A DNA stretch of 64,000 nt from Octopus vulgaris (GCA_951406725.2 OX597819.1:100812001-100876000); one strand, 5' to 3'; shown: positions 27,104 through 40,494, numbered from the stretch's first letter. Notes: generated by a model from the sequence alone, not told the origin. Made by a program: numbers and translations.

Positions 27104-28056
27104 ATGGGACGTGGAGAAGGCTTTAACGATGAAGTGAAGTCTGTCATCATGCAGGAAAGTGCTAAAGGCACCTCTCTTCATGGCATTGTGGAGAAGTTAG
27201 GTCGTCGTGTAGAAACGGTTAAACGATTCCTGAAGCACCCTTTCCCGAGGAAGAAACGATCCGATTGGGAGATCTCCAAGACTGTGATAGCTAGCGATTT
27301 AAAGAATATTGGTTGCAAGTTACCTTGACCAGCAAGCAAAGCCATTTTCATAGCATTCGGACGTCCTCATCTACGGAAAACTACCACAAATCGCATCTTC
27401 GAGACAATGGCTTCCGTACGAGAACCCCTGAAATTGACTCACATAACATGGCGTCAGACATAAGTTGTGTTCTGTTCACTGACGAAACCAAGGCAACACT
27501 TGATGAACCTGATGGCTGGAGATGAGCGCCATCAACATTTCCAACACCAACAAAAGCGTGGAGGAGTCATATTCTGGGCTGGTATCATTGGGGCCACACT
27601 TGATAGGCCAGTCAGTGTGTCTCAAGGGGTTAAGTGACAGCAGCTTCCTGCTGCAATCTCCTGGAAGAGGTCTTGGATCCTTGGCTCAATGACATAATGC
27701 TGTTACTTCTGAGGTATCTCGTGTTCAAGCATGACGATACTCCCTCCCACTCTGCTAAGACCGCCCAAACATTACTAGAGTCTTACAGCATACAAAGAGG
27801 AAGGTTGATGGTGTGGCCGGCAGCATATCTGGATCTCAACCCCATCGAGAATCTTTGGTTCATCATTAAGCAAGATGCTTATGTCGATGGACGCCAATTT
27901 ACGTCAAAAGACATTCTATGGGCGACACTGAAAGCTGCAACAGAGGCAATCCAGTCATGTACTATACAGAAATTTACAGATTCCATGACTAATAGGGTTT
28001 TGAAGTTACCCGCCGAAATGGCGCTCATGTCGATAAATAATTCATTATGCCAATAA
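27104..28056 (+). pseudogene. Disrupted DD37E transposase
   Basis: Three ORF pieces: an HTH N-terminus (MGRGEG..LGRRVETVKRFL), VLFTDETKATLDEPDGW, and FKHDDTPSHSAK..WPAAYLDLNPIENLW; GVIFWAGII lies between the last two. 37 residues separate the second D and the E. Stops and frameshifts are present. Confidence 0.92.
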
Positions 28057-28363
28057 ATAGTATTGATTTTCTATTAAATATACACACAATGTATGCTTAA
28101 TATGTGACATTACCTTTCATCTTCTGTAAAAAAACTGTCTAGACGAGCTATTTTCATTCAAAAGCCCTTAACCTGTTTCAGCCAATAATTGAAGAATCTG
28201 AAATATAAAAAAAAGAAAAGCTGTTACACAAAGTAATAAGACATAACAATGGTGTTGTCACAGTGCGCAAATCAGCTGGGAAAAATTACATCAAAATTGA
28301 TTCACAGAAAACCAAGATATCCTAAATTTCACCCCTAAGGAATTAGCGTGGTTCTCTGCGCGC

Positions 28364-28406
<43 letters not shown>

Positions 28407-28636
28407 CATGTGTGTGTGTATACATGCATACATACATATAAATTTTTGATGGGTAACGTTTTGAATATGCAAATAAATAAAGCCTCTATTCTATTATGCT
28501 GACTACAGTCTACACTGTGATCATTCCAGGAATACGGACTGCGATCTTAAGAGACATGAGATTTGTGGAAACGCACGTAGCGTTGCTTTACATGTTTCTA
28601 AATTCTAGCCAAGAATTATTATTGTTATTACATATA

Positions 28637-28748
<112 letters not shown>

Positions 28749-28875
28749 GTATATATATATATATTTATATATATATTTTCATTGAAACTTCTTCACTGTT
28801 ATCGTTCTTTTAACGTTTTGGCGTTCAGACGAGTGTACTGGCATAGATGTGGCAACATTTGAAATATTGTCTAGG

Positions 28876-28953
28876 GATATGCAGCTGATGAAGGCAAATC
28901 AAATCTACGTTGTCAAACGTATTTGAAGAGTCTGAAACCGGCCCTGCATTATC
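28876..28953 (+). ncRNA. Type-I hammerhead motif with extended stem II; U16.1 changed to C
   Basis: gatatgcag-CTGATGA-aggc..caaa tc tacgtt gtca aacgta tttg..gtct-GAAA-ccgg-CC-ctgcattatc. Stem I atgcag/ctgcat is perfect; stem III ccgg is palindromic. Confidence 0.72.
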
Positions 28954-29350
28954 CGATTCTAGGTTTTCCATTTTTCAGATGTTCTTCCTAGAGGTAAGAC
29001 AAACTTTTTCATGTTTGTTGCACACACGCGTCTTTGCTAGTATTTACGCAGTGAAGCTATACAATAGCGTCGTATTTCTTACGATTGCTATTTTCCAGTT
29101 AATATCGGTACCTTGTACCATTTATTTACTTCTATATATATTCATATATATATATATAATTATATATATGTATATATATATATATATCTATATGTATGTA
29201 TGTATATATATATATATGTGTATATATATATTTACATTCATACACAAATATATAGATGTATATGTATATACGTATACACAAATACACACACGCGCGCACA
29301 CACACACACACAAATATATATATATATATATATACCTATGTAGGCATATA

Positions 29351-29620
29351 GTGAAGGCGCAAGGCTTAGTGAGTAGAGCATTCGGCTCACGATTGCAAGG
29401 TCGTGACTTCAAATTCCTGGCGACGCGTTGTGTCCTTGAGCAAGACACTTTATTTCACGTTGTTCCAGTCCACTCAGCTGGCAAAAATAAGTTGTACTAC
29501 GTTAGAGGTACACGTGTCTGTGGATCGCTCAGTCACTTGCACGTTAATTTTACGAGCAAGCTGTTCCGTTGATCGTATCAGCTGGGACCCTCACCATCGT
29601 AACCAACAGAGTGCTCCATG
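29351..29620 (+). mobile_element. SINE family C (tRNA head + Meta/MESC-like domain)
   Basis: A-box-like ggcttagtgag, B-box-like acttcaaattcc, then tgtgtccttgagcaagacactt..ccactcagctg. Confidence 0.85.
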
Positions 29621-29722
29621 TATATATATGACCGTGACTGACCAGGCTATCAGATGTTGCTACATATCGCTGCTCACAATGCGCTTCGCATTGTTTTAGC
29701 CGTCAAATGACGCCACCCCGCG

Positions 29723-29763
<41 letters not shown>

Positions 29764-29780
29764 ATATTTATATTCTAGCA

Positions 29781-29827
29781 AAAACAGTCCGATGAACGGC
29801 AACGGGAAACTCAGAGTAACAGGTTTT
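29781..29827 (+). ncRNA. Degenerate minimal hammerhead motif, C4 variant
   Basis: aaaacagt-CCGATGA-acggcaacgg-GAAA-ctcagag-TA-acaggtttt; mismatches in stems I and II. Confidence 0.5.
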
Positions 29828-29868
29828 GTTGAATTTTCTGCTGCTTTAAATAAAGTATGTATATATAT

Positions 29869-29951
<83 letters not shown>

Positions 29952-30284
29952 CATGTATGTATATGTGTATGTATGTATGCATATTTTGTGTGCGCGGATA
30001 ATAATGTTTGCATGGACAGCGTGGATGATGAAGATGAGTTTCCGCAGAGCTGTTGACGAGCTGGTTGGTTTGGATCCTGACACTGAGCATAACTCTTAAC
30101 TGTTTCCGAACCTCTACACACTGACAATAGTCAACTACATATATAATGAAAAAGAAAGAAAAGAAAAGAAAGAAAATGGAAAGAGAATGAGACAAAACAT
30201 ATATTATTAAGCCTTATACATGCTCAACCACGCCTTTCATGACAGAAAGAGAGACTATAGGTTACGTGTGCTTCTCAGCCTGCA

Positions 30285-31000
30285 AGTTTGTGTGTGTGTT
30301 CGTGTATATGTATGTATGGGTGTGTGTACGTGTGTGTGCGTGTGCCTGTGTGTCTGAGTGTGTGCGTGCGTGTGCATGTGTCTGTATGTGTGTCCGTGTG
30401 CATGCATGTGCGTGTGTGTGTGCGTGCGTGTGCGTGTACGTGCGTCCGTGTGTGTATAGATGTGTCTATATGATACACTCTATGATCTATATATGATCTG
30501 TGTGTGCGTGTATGTGTATGTATGTGTGAGTGTGTTCGTGCATGTGTGTGTACGTGCGTGTCTGTGTACGTGCGTGTGCGTGTGTCTGTGTGTCTGAGTG
30601 TATGCGTGCGTGTGCATGCGTCTGTATGTGTGTTCGTGTGCATCAATGTGCATGTGTGTGTGCGTGCGTGTGTGTGTACGTGCGTCCGTGTGTGTATAGA
30701 TGTGTCTATATGATACACTCTATGATCTATATATGATCTGTGTGTGCGTATATATGTATGTATGTGTGTGTGTGTTCGTGCATGTGTGTGAACGTGCGTG
30801 TGTGTGTACGTGCGTGTGCGTGTGTCTGTGTGTGTGAGTGTATGCGTGCGTGTGCATGCGTCTGTATGTGTGTCCGTGTGCATCAATGTGCGCGTGTGTG
30901 TGCGTGCGTGTGTGTGTACGTGTACGTGCGTGCGTGTGTGTGTACGTGTACGTGCGTGCGTGTGTGTGTATAGATGTGTCTATATGATACACTCTATCAT
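30285..31000. repeat. About 240-bp minisatellite x3 built from degenerate (TG/CG)n
   Basis: Anchor tatagatgtgtctatatgatacactctat at about 30455, 30695 and 30969. Confidence 0.9.
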
Positions 31001-31517
31001 CCATATACTGTCAGGCAAAAAATACATATATTTGTTAATGTAGTAATGGCTAATTAAACATAGGCTATTTCCATTCATATATGATTTCCGGCACACTGAT
31101 TCAAAGGTGAGCTACACGACAAGAACGAATAAATAAATCCATAAATACAATTGTATTCATGTTTGTTGGTTTACGCACAGGTGTATTCACTCCACTCCCC
31201 TACCGCCTACCTCTGGTTATCTTCAGTTGACCCAACACGTCCACCTTAGGAAAAAGATATAGTTATGCTTTTGTCTTTCTGCATTTTAATATCCAATGCT
31301 TGTAATGTCACAACATATTATTTTACTGCCCTTCACATATCCACCCAAACACACACACCTACCTCCTCTAAATCTATGCCTACTCACCTTACTATTAGCG
31401 TAGCACACTAATACTGTACCCAATCACCAACGTCACCACAAATCTATTTACACAGGTATTTTTTCATATATACTCATTCATTACCTCGCGCCCCACTTAC
31501 TTTTTAAATACATTATA

Positions 31518-31922
31518 GGTGCAGAAGTGGCTGTGTGGTAAGAAGTTTGCTTCCCAACCAGATGGTTCCAGGTTCAGTCCCACTGCATGGCACCTTGGGT
31601 AAGTGTGTTCTACTATAGCCGCGGTCCGACCAAAAGCTTGTGAGTGGATTTGGTAGTCGGAAACTAAAAGAAGCCCGTCGTATATATATATATAAATGTG
31701 TGTGTGTGTGTGTTTGTGTGTCAGTTTGTCATCTCGCCATCGCTTGAAAATCGATGTTGGTGTATTTACGTCCCCGTAATATAGTGGTTCGGCAAAAGGG
31801 ACTGATAGAATAATTACTAGGTTTACAAAGAATAAGTCGTGGGTTATATTTGTTCCTTTAAAGGTGATGCTCCAGCATGGCCGCAGTCAAAGGACTGAAA
31901 CAAGTAAATGAATAAAAGAATA
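31518..31922 (+). mobile_element. SINE A, full length
   Basis: Matches 53314-53735 end to end. Confidence 0.92.
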
Positions 31923-31976
31923 CTACTATTATATATATATGTGTGTGTGTGTTTGTGTGTGTGTGTATTTTATGCA

Positions 31977-32049
<73 letters not shown>

Positions 32050-32052
32050 ATA

Positions 32053-32085
<33 letters not shown>

Positions 32086-32119
32086 ATATATCTATATATA
32101 CATATGTATGTATGTATTA

Positions 32120-32410
32120 TTTGGTCTAGTGGTTAGGGTGCTGTACTCACGATCGTGAAATTGCGGTTTCAATTCCTAGCCAGGGCGGTGCATTGTTTTA
32201 GAGTCAAGCACTTCATAACACTTTGCTTCGTGATCACCTGGACGTCTGATGCGTGGCACTCAGTACACCTGTTCGGGCAACGTCGAGTTAATGGGTCTGT
32301 GCTAATGCACACCGCATACACTTGATCACTATAAAGAAATCATCTGTGCTGGTCGTTTGGCAAAAATTATGAACGCTCATATGACATCTTCGACGGGAGA
32401 GTCCATTATA
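32120..32410 (+). mobile_element. SINE C-like element with a different tail
   Basis: tggtctagtggttaggg..ggtttcaattcc..caagcacttc head. Confidence 0.7.
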
Positions 32411-32700
32411 AATAATGTATGTGTGCGAGTTCGCTTTTATTTCAAGATGCATAGCGTGTTCCACTCTCGATCACAGCATTGGGTTTTCGATTCCTGTAGC
32501 GGGAGATACATCATGTTTTTGTGAAACACACCACATTTCACTTTGCTCTCGGTCACTTACACGCTTTGCAATTCAAACGGCCATATAAGTTCTGGTATCC
32601 GATGTCAGTAATGTCATGAGAACGTACTCTCTCCCTCTGTCTCTGTCTCACCATCTCTTTTACTCTCTCTATCTCTCTATCTAACCATACACACACACGC

Positions 32701-32734
<34 letters not shown>

Positions 32735-33129
32735 CCACAAAAATATGTGTCTATATGTATATGCGTGTGACACGTACTCTCTGTCTCTTTTCTGTAGCAA
32801 TTAACTTCTACAGTTTCTGTCAACCAGATTTATTCTCAATTTATCAAGCAAAGAGCAGGATTGTGGAACTGATCCAAGACTTCGTGGTTACCAATCGATC
32901 TTCTTAAACGTAAAGCCATATACTCGCCAAAACTACAAATTACAGGATATGAACCTTAACAATAGAAAACATTCGAGTTTTTGGAGCGTATCTATGAGTT
33001 GTAAGAGTCTCAAACAAGGGTGTCTGACACGCACCCGCTGGGTATTTGTGCTACGACTACTGTAATATTGAATATCAAATACACGGTAATAAAATAAAAT
33101 TTCATTTGTTTAGGACATCTACAGACATA

Positions 33130-33330
33130 TAAATTTCATAGAACAAGGCCAGCAATTTGGGGAGAGTGGGTATGTCAGTTACAGCAACCAAGTTTTCAAC
33201 TGCGTTTCTCAACACCGAAAGGATAAAAGGCAAAGTCGGCCTCGTTGTTTTTAGAACTCTGAACGTAAAGACGAACGAAAATCTGATAAGCATTTTGCTT
33301 AGCGTGCTAACGGTTCTACCAGCTCGCCAC
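33130..33330 (-). mobile_element. SINE B, decayed
   Basis: ccgaaaggataaaaggcaaagtcggcctcg..gcgtgctaacgg..agctcgcc. Confidence 0.8.
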
Positions 33331-33356
33331 CCTCAGTTCCTCTATACGTATTACTT

Positions 33357-34540
33357 TACGTTGCTCAGCTAAAAAGTTCATAGGCCAACAAGTATACTCT
33401 CATGATATATGACCAAATGAGTTTCATTATTCAATATAATCCTCCTTGTAGTCCACACCCTTCTTCCATTGGTATTGCAGTGCTTGAATCTCATTGGTGG
33501 AGAAGTTATCATCCTTTTGGTCAAGAAGTCATCAACAGCAGATATGACATCATCTTCCCTGAGATACTTGTTGTCACCCAAGTGATTATTTTATGTTGTT
33601 CAACAGATGATAGTCAGAATGGGGATCAAATCAGCATAGGGATGCTAGTCAGTCAGTTCAGCAGCCGTTGGAACTCTGGACTTGTGTGGTAGAGTATTGA
33701 CCTGATGAAACATGACGTTTTCCTCAGTTGTCCTGGGCGTTTGGTCTTGATAACCTTTCGTAACTACCTAAGCAAGTTAGCATAGTACCCTCAATTGATG
33801 GTGTGGTCCTTTTCAAGATAGCCAATTAACGCAATGCCTTTTGCATCCGATAAACACAGAAGGCGTTACCTACCCTGCAGAAGAAACAACATTGGCCTTC
33901 TTTGGAACAGATGAGGATGGGTGTTTCGAATGCATGGGCTGTCTCTTTGTCTCTGGTTTAAATTGATGAACCAAACACTCATCTTGGATCAGGAAATATT
34001 CAAGGAAACCAGCTGGATCTGCTTCGAGCAATGACACATTTTCCTGTATTTTGAACAGCCTAGTAATTTTTTGATCAAGTGTAAGAAGACCATCGTCATG
34101 CCAAGCAGCTACCTTCGTCATGCCTAGAAGCTTCCTTTGTCATACCAAGTTCATTTTGCACAATATTTTCAACTCTTCACGGGACATATTAATAGCATTG
34201 GCTATTTGATTCGTAATCAGTCGCCTGTCATCCATCACCAACGCAGTGAGCACAATCAATATATTTCGTGGGTACTGGCAGTTGCAGAAAGTCCAGACCG
34301 TGTATCATCTTCAAGACTCTCCTCTTAAATTCAGCTACCAGTTTTGAACTGCTGATAAAGCTGAAGCAACCACGTCAGAATCAATATCACTGGGTACTAA
34401 GTCTTTTTTTTTCCAGGTACTTGATATCAACATGATGCCAAATTTTGTTCATTTCAAGAAAAATCGTTATTAGTGACTTTTGAAGTTTTCTTTAAGCAGT
34501 CAGATATCAGCTTAATAACTCTGTCATGGTCACCGTGGCG
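33357..34540 (-). mobile_element. mariner (DD34D-type) element, decayed, near full length
   Basis: Minus-strand pieces from ATG near 34452: IKYLEKK, AEFKR..SLEDDTRSG, QDECLVHQFKPETKRQ..PKKANVVSSAG, YLEKDHTIN, FHQVN and DDVISAVDDF. TIR-like tacg..cagctaaaaagttcataggc at 33357 with a degenerate partner near 34510-34540. Confidence 0.9.
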
Positions 34541-34544
34541 GTCT

Positions 34545-35300
34545 TTTGCTGTTGAGACTCTGTGTCCATAGTAGCGCGTATGACATTCTGGAAATAGATG
34601 TGGTGATGGTGTTTACCTGGAGTTTCCGCCTTTGCGCAGTGTGATATTTTCTTCCTGGTTGAGTGTTCTAGTTAGATTAGTGACTAATTGGTCGCACATG
34701 TCTCCATCAAGTTGGTGTGTGTTGTTAATGTGGTGTGGCGTGAGTGGGTGGTATGTATTGTTTCCATACCTGGATGGTTGTATGTCTGGTGTATGATCAA
34801 TGGTATAGGCGTTCGAATTTGACGTTGGATTTGTGCTAGTATTTTCTTCGCTTTGCTTGATTGATGCATCTGACGAGGTGTCTGTCATGCTGCTGGCTGA
34901 GTGTAGGAATCGTTACGATCTTAGCTTTGAGGTGACGGAGTTCGTTGCATTTCTCACGGATCATTTTGCTGAAGCTGTATTTGGTGATAATATCACAGGG
35001 TCTGTGGGATGTGACAGGGAAAATAGGCATCTAAATGATTGTAGGATTAGGTTATGCAGTCTATATTTCTTTAGGAATTCAGTTTGTCAATACGTTCTTT
35101 CGCGCTTATTAACGTGGTTACAGTATTCGTTAAAGAGGAGATACGTGGTCTGGCAGGTGCTGGTGAGGATAATGCGCTGGTGTATCTCAGGCAACACAGT
35201 TATGATATAGTAGAGAAGGACAAATAGGTAACGATGTTTGTAGGATAGGTTCAGTAGGTAAAGTAAAAGTATAAAACAGGAGGATGAAATAATGTAACTG
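34545..35300 (-). mobile_element. Penelope-like element ORF fragment (region N-terminal to RT)
   Basis: LVTNLTRTLNQEENITLRKG resembles the PLE motif V.NLS..L...E..L.KG.NF; preceded by a low-complexity T/H/N linker. Confidence 0.6.
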
Positions 35301-35829
35301 AAAAATAAGGGAAGTTAGAAAAGAAGTTAGAAACAATTCAGAACAACACAAGAAAAGATGAACAAAAAATTAGAAAATGTTTCTTTCTCCTTTTTTAAGA
35401 AATCTCAAACAGAAATCCTTTTTTGCTTTGTTACCCTGTTGTCCTTCTGTACTGTTGTTATATAATATTTATGAACCTTAATGGAAATATATTCGTATGA
35501 CAAGTGCGAGGAAAATTTATGGTAAGCAAGAAGGGAAACTTTTAGATTAAACTGTTTTCCATAATTGGTAACAACTGGTAGAAAGATTCATCACGTTTCT
35601 GCCTTATTTATTATTATTACTTTTTTTATATTTAATTTATTGGCAGAGCCGACGCATTTTTTCGTTGCTATCACATCATTTCCATTTTTCTATGCTTTCT
35701 TACTGAGATTGCAACTTTTATGATGATGGCATAGAGCTTACATCATTTATGAATTATAATGAAAATTTATTTCTGAGACCCGAGCTTCAGCTGCAAGATC
35801 CTGCAAGCGCGAATAGAAGTATTGCATAT

Positions 35830-35911
<82 letters not shown>

Positions 35912-36514
35912 CACACAAACACAAACATACGCACACATACATACTCACTCACACACACAAAACCACACAGCAACTGACGTATATACACACATATCCAATG
36001 TGTACATATATACATGCATGAGCTTATGTAAAAAAAAAAAGAGAGCTAGCAACATACGTAAACGGGTAAAGTGGAAGAAATCTTGACATAAGTATACATG
36101 TGTGTGTATATATACGTATGTCTGTTCATGTATTTGAGTGTATACATATATGCATGTCAGCACACACAAGTACATACCCATATACATTCATACAAACACA
36201 CATATTCATACATACATACCAATATACATACACATGCCTGTTTCAGTCTGCAGGTCTATACTTTTTCGTGTGACATGTGTCAAATAATGAAAATATGTCC
36301 TTTTTTTTACTATAATATGATTCTTAAATATATTAGGAAAAAAGGCAACTTTCCACCAATATAGTGAATGCTCTTTTACTAAGAAACTCTCAAAATTATG
36401 ACTTATATTTCAAGAATGCAACAGCAATTCATCCGCTTTTTTCTTGTTTTTCCATGCCATTAGCTTCCTACGCATTAGATTTTCACGCTTCCCTTTCTTT
36501 GTTTCTCACTATTA

Positions 36515-36525
36515 TTTCTTCTTCT

Positions 36526-36557
<32 letters not shown>

Positions 36558-36588
36558 TTCTTCTTCTTCTTCTTCTTCTTCTTCTTCT

Positions 36589-36635
<47 letters not shown>

Positions 36636-36723
36636 TTCTTCTCCTCCTTCTTCTTCTTCTTCGTCTTCTACTTCTACTTCTTCTTCTTCTTCTTCTTCTT
36701 CTCCTTCTTCTTCTTCCTCCTCC

Positions 36724-36770
<47 letters not shown>
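36515..36770. repeat. (TCT)n then (CAT)n array
   Basis: Directly visible. Confidence 0.97.
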
Positions 36771-36771
<1 letters not shown>

Positions 36772-36919
36772 AGGCGACGAGCTGGCAATGCCGTTAGCGC
36801 TTCGGATTTAATGCTTTGCGTCGTTTTTACTCGCTCCTTGTTTTCTAAGTTCAAATTCCATCGAGGTCGACGTTGCCATACATTATTTCAGTGGCGATAA
36901 GATAAGCTCCTGCTCAGCT

Positions 36920-37400
36920 TTTAAACGTGTTCCTAGGAACATATTTTCGATACGATACGAGTGCCATTTTAGATTCATACTTGGTACTTGTGAAACATAG
37001 AAGAAGTTACTAGGAGAGCCATTACAAACCACATTCAGGTAGTTAGATTGTTCCTTGTCCTAGTCTTCAACGCCAAGTAGTAAAGCTGCATTGTCAGCCT
37101 TAAGTTCACTTGATGAATCAAAGTGGCAGCAAAACTGCAATTTTGCCTTCGGTGGACCACCATGATCGTTCCTTTTCAGCGATACCTTGCTCGATTTTTC
37201 TGGATAAATGACAAACCAAATCGAAATATAGTTTCTAATGCTTACATCTACGGTCTGGTGTGACTCAGGAGCCGGTATATATCCCGTACGTCCTATTTTT
37301 TGTGCGATGTTTCTCAATGTTTTACGTTTTCGTATTAGCAGTTTCAGAATCGGCAAGCACGCTCCCAGTGAATGAGCATGCGTATGTAGACTAGAAGAAA
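36920..37400 (-). mobile_element. Tc3/Tc1-like transposase N-terminal fragment
   Basis: ORF 37060-37356: ILKLLIRKRKTLRNIAQKIGRT..YPEKSSK..GGPPK..SSSELKAD, resembling paired-like HTH, GRP box and second HTH. Confidence 0.6.
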
Positions 37401-37633
37401 ACTAGGGGAGAACAATTTCCTGAGTGGTAAGGTTGATGTGGTTTTATAGTGATTGCCCGATTAGCTATCATAAGTCTCCCACAATTTGTAGAATTATTTT
37501 TGTTTAAATTTTTACTTTTGTAATTTTCTTTGTATCTGTTATTTTCCTTTTTAAACAATTTTTTATGTAATCCCACACTGTTTGGTACTGTACCATCCTC
37601 GATGTTTTTGTCAACCCTTGGTGGTTAATAAAA

Positions 37634-37638
37634 CATTA

Positions 37639-37694
<56 letters not shown>

Positions 37695-37839
37695 GTTGTT
37701 GTTGTTGTTGTTGTTGTTGCTGTTATTGTTGTCGTTGATGTTGATATTATTATTATTATTACTATTATTATTATCATCATCGTCATTATCATTATAGTTA
37801 TTGTTTCTGTTGCTGTCGTTGTTCATATTATTATTATTA

Positions 37840-37916
<77 letters not shown>

Positions 37917-37920
37917 GTTA
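37634..37920. repeat. (ATT)n/(GTT)n compound array
   Basis: Directly visible. Confidence 0.97.
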
Positions 37921-38523
37921 TCCTTTTTACTTGTATATCTACTCCTACATTTTTCTTTATTCTTCCCTGCGTATTTCTTCGTCATTGCCATCGCAGTCGT
38001 TTTTGTCGTTGTCAAAAGTCGTCTATGATTTTGAGTAGAAAACTGAGAAGCTTTAAGAAATTTACTCACAAAAGAAAAACACGAATTTAAGAAGAGGACG
38101 TTGTTGGCATGAAATAGCTACAGCTGTGTGCTTCTAGTTGAATACACATAAGCAAAACAACATGTCCGTTAGTATTTGATAAAATGGCCGCCGAATGGGG
38201 CGATTAGATTACAAACCAACAAATCGCTAGTGTAGGAAATAAAGAGGTTATCTTAAGACAAATTTTTACCCACGCTCACATACTCACGCTCACATACAAA
38301 TATATATGTAGATGAATACATACATACAAATATATACATATGAAATATATACATATTTAAGCGTAAGTGCCTGCGTGTGTGTGTGTGTGTATATATATGT
38401 GTGTGTGAGTGTATATCTGTCTATCTATATATATATATGATTATATACATACATATATATATATATAATCATATATATATATTTGCACATGTACATATTT
38501 ATAAGAATGTATATAATTATATT

Positions 38524-38555
<32 letters not shown>

Positions 38556-38645
38556 TATACATATATATACATACATAGATATATATATATATATATATAT
38601 ACATATATAGACATATATATATATACACACATATGCACACACACA

Positions 38646-38688
<43 letters not shown>

Positions 38689-38830
38689 GTAAACACGCAC
38701 GCATAAATATATTGCTATGTATATATTCATGTGTATATTTGTATTATGCATTCATCTACATATATATTTTTATGCATGTGGACGTAAGTACGTGATCATG
38801 GGTAAACATTTATATGAATGCATTTATATC

Positions 38831-38896
<66 letters not shown>

Positions 38897-39009
38897 ATTA
38901 CATTTAAATCTATATATGTAAATAAAATTATCAGTCGCAGCGCAGGCCTCAATGTGATGTTTTGGGGCTGTCCATCATGGTATCGCGTACTGAGGAAGGT
39001 GATGCTGCA

Positions 39010-39193
39010 ATGCCAGTTCAGTAACCAGTCCACGTGAGTCCAAGTACTTGAAAGTATGCTGAGAGATTGTCGTAGCCCGTTGCCCTCGGACGGTTGATAT
39101 CTGTAGATATTATCAGTGTATTTTCGGCGATTAAAATGAGTTTTGACTGTTAGTTCCAGCAGGTAGACATACTTAGTATGTCCTTTGATAAAT
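39010..39193 (-). mobile_element. RTE-like LINE RT fragment
   Basis: Minus strand TFKYLDSRG; homologous to 26380-26562. Confidence 0.5.
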
Positions 39194-39352
39194 TTTAATC
39201 CTTCAGCTATTTACTGTTCTATGGGACCTGCAATCGCCTATATTACCGATTCGGTTATTATCATTTTAATTCTTACACTAGATAATAATAGAGTCAGTAA
39301 TATATTCGCACATATTTTCTGAATTATTTGCTCCGTATAAAAGTATATACAT

Positions 39353-40313
39353 AGCATTTTCGCATAGTCCAATTCTCTCTTATTAAAATATATCAACTCA
39401 ATTTCAAACTAAACGCATATGTATATGCAAGTGTATACATACGTATATGTACATATGCACATATATATGTATAGTATGTTTATATACATATAAAGTTTGC
39501 GTGTGTGTGTATGTGTGTGTGTGTTTGTAGCTTTTGCATAGATATTTTTATGTCTTGAATCTGTCTCATCGACACATATATGGCCCAAAAGTTTACAGAA
39601 TTTCATACATATTACGTCCCACATATACGAGCTTACTTCGAAACAGATACATGAATGTTTCTGTCACATGAAATAAATTTATAAGGTTGTATATAGTCAA
39701 TCCCCTTGATCTTCAGTGGCAATAAATATTTTAGTACTCATGAGAATTTAAAGTTGATGTCGTTGATTACTTAGAACCTATTGTATTCGTTTATGTCTGT
39801 TTATTTTTCACTTTTTCAGGTGTCTCTTAGCAAGGTTAATTATGATGAATATTATTATCATAATTATAAAAGTTTCCATTCTTTAAATATTAGGTATCAG
39901 TTGGATATCGTGTATAAATTACGTATCTAGGTTTGTAGAATATATTTAAAAACACTGCTACTGCTATTTTCTGGAATATTCCTGTGTTGATTCATATAGG
40001 TAAACAATATTTTTATCCTTCAATATGTAGAAATTACAAATAAGATGGCCAAAGCAACGTGCCATAATATTTCTAAACCTCCATTTTCAACGGTACAATT
40101 CCTTCTACTTTCAATTCGTTTCTGCGTAACTTTATAATAATGTGGTATTGCTACATCAACTAGTAAAATAGCGCCATGTGTGTTAAGTAACTGAATATCA
40201 GGTGTACGATTTATAGGGAACTATAGCAAATAGATTATGCATGTTCTTTGGAAGCATTTTCGCATAATCCAATTCTCTCTTATTAAAATATATCAACTCA
40301 ATTTCAAACTAAA
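39353..40313 (+). repeat. 61-bp direct repeat pair 900 bp apart
   Basis: agcattttcgcata(g/a)tccaattctctcttattaaaatatatcaactcaatttcaaactaaa at 39353-39413 and 40253-40313, one mismatch. Confidence 0.95.
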
Positions 40314-40441
40314 GTAGGGGCTCTGTAATATAAAGTACCAATAAAGTACTTCAATCAATAGTATTATTTATCACTGTACTTGAAAATATCTAGAATCGTC
40401 ATAATCATCTACGCCGTCGTCGTTATCGGTGTTGTCATCAA

Positions 40442-40494
<53 letters not shown>

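Larger units (their letters stand above)
26626..28364 (+). mobile_element. Tc1-like DNA transposon, DD37E (TRT-type), with about 200-bp imperfect TIRs
   Basis: Left end ta|cgcactcccagaatcccgctaatagcttagg..cattgtt is inverted against aacaatgg..cctaaggaattagcgtggttctctgcgcgcg at 28245-28364. The TIR continues after the SINE insert (27020-27075 vs 28170-28240). Confidence 0.92.
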
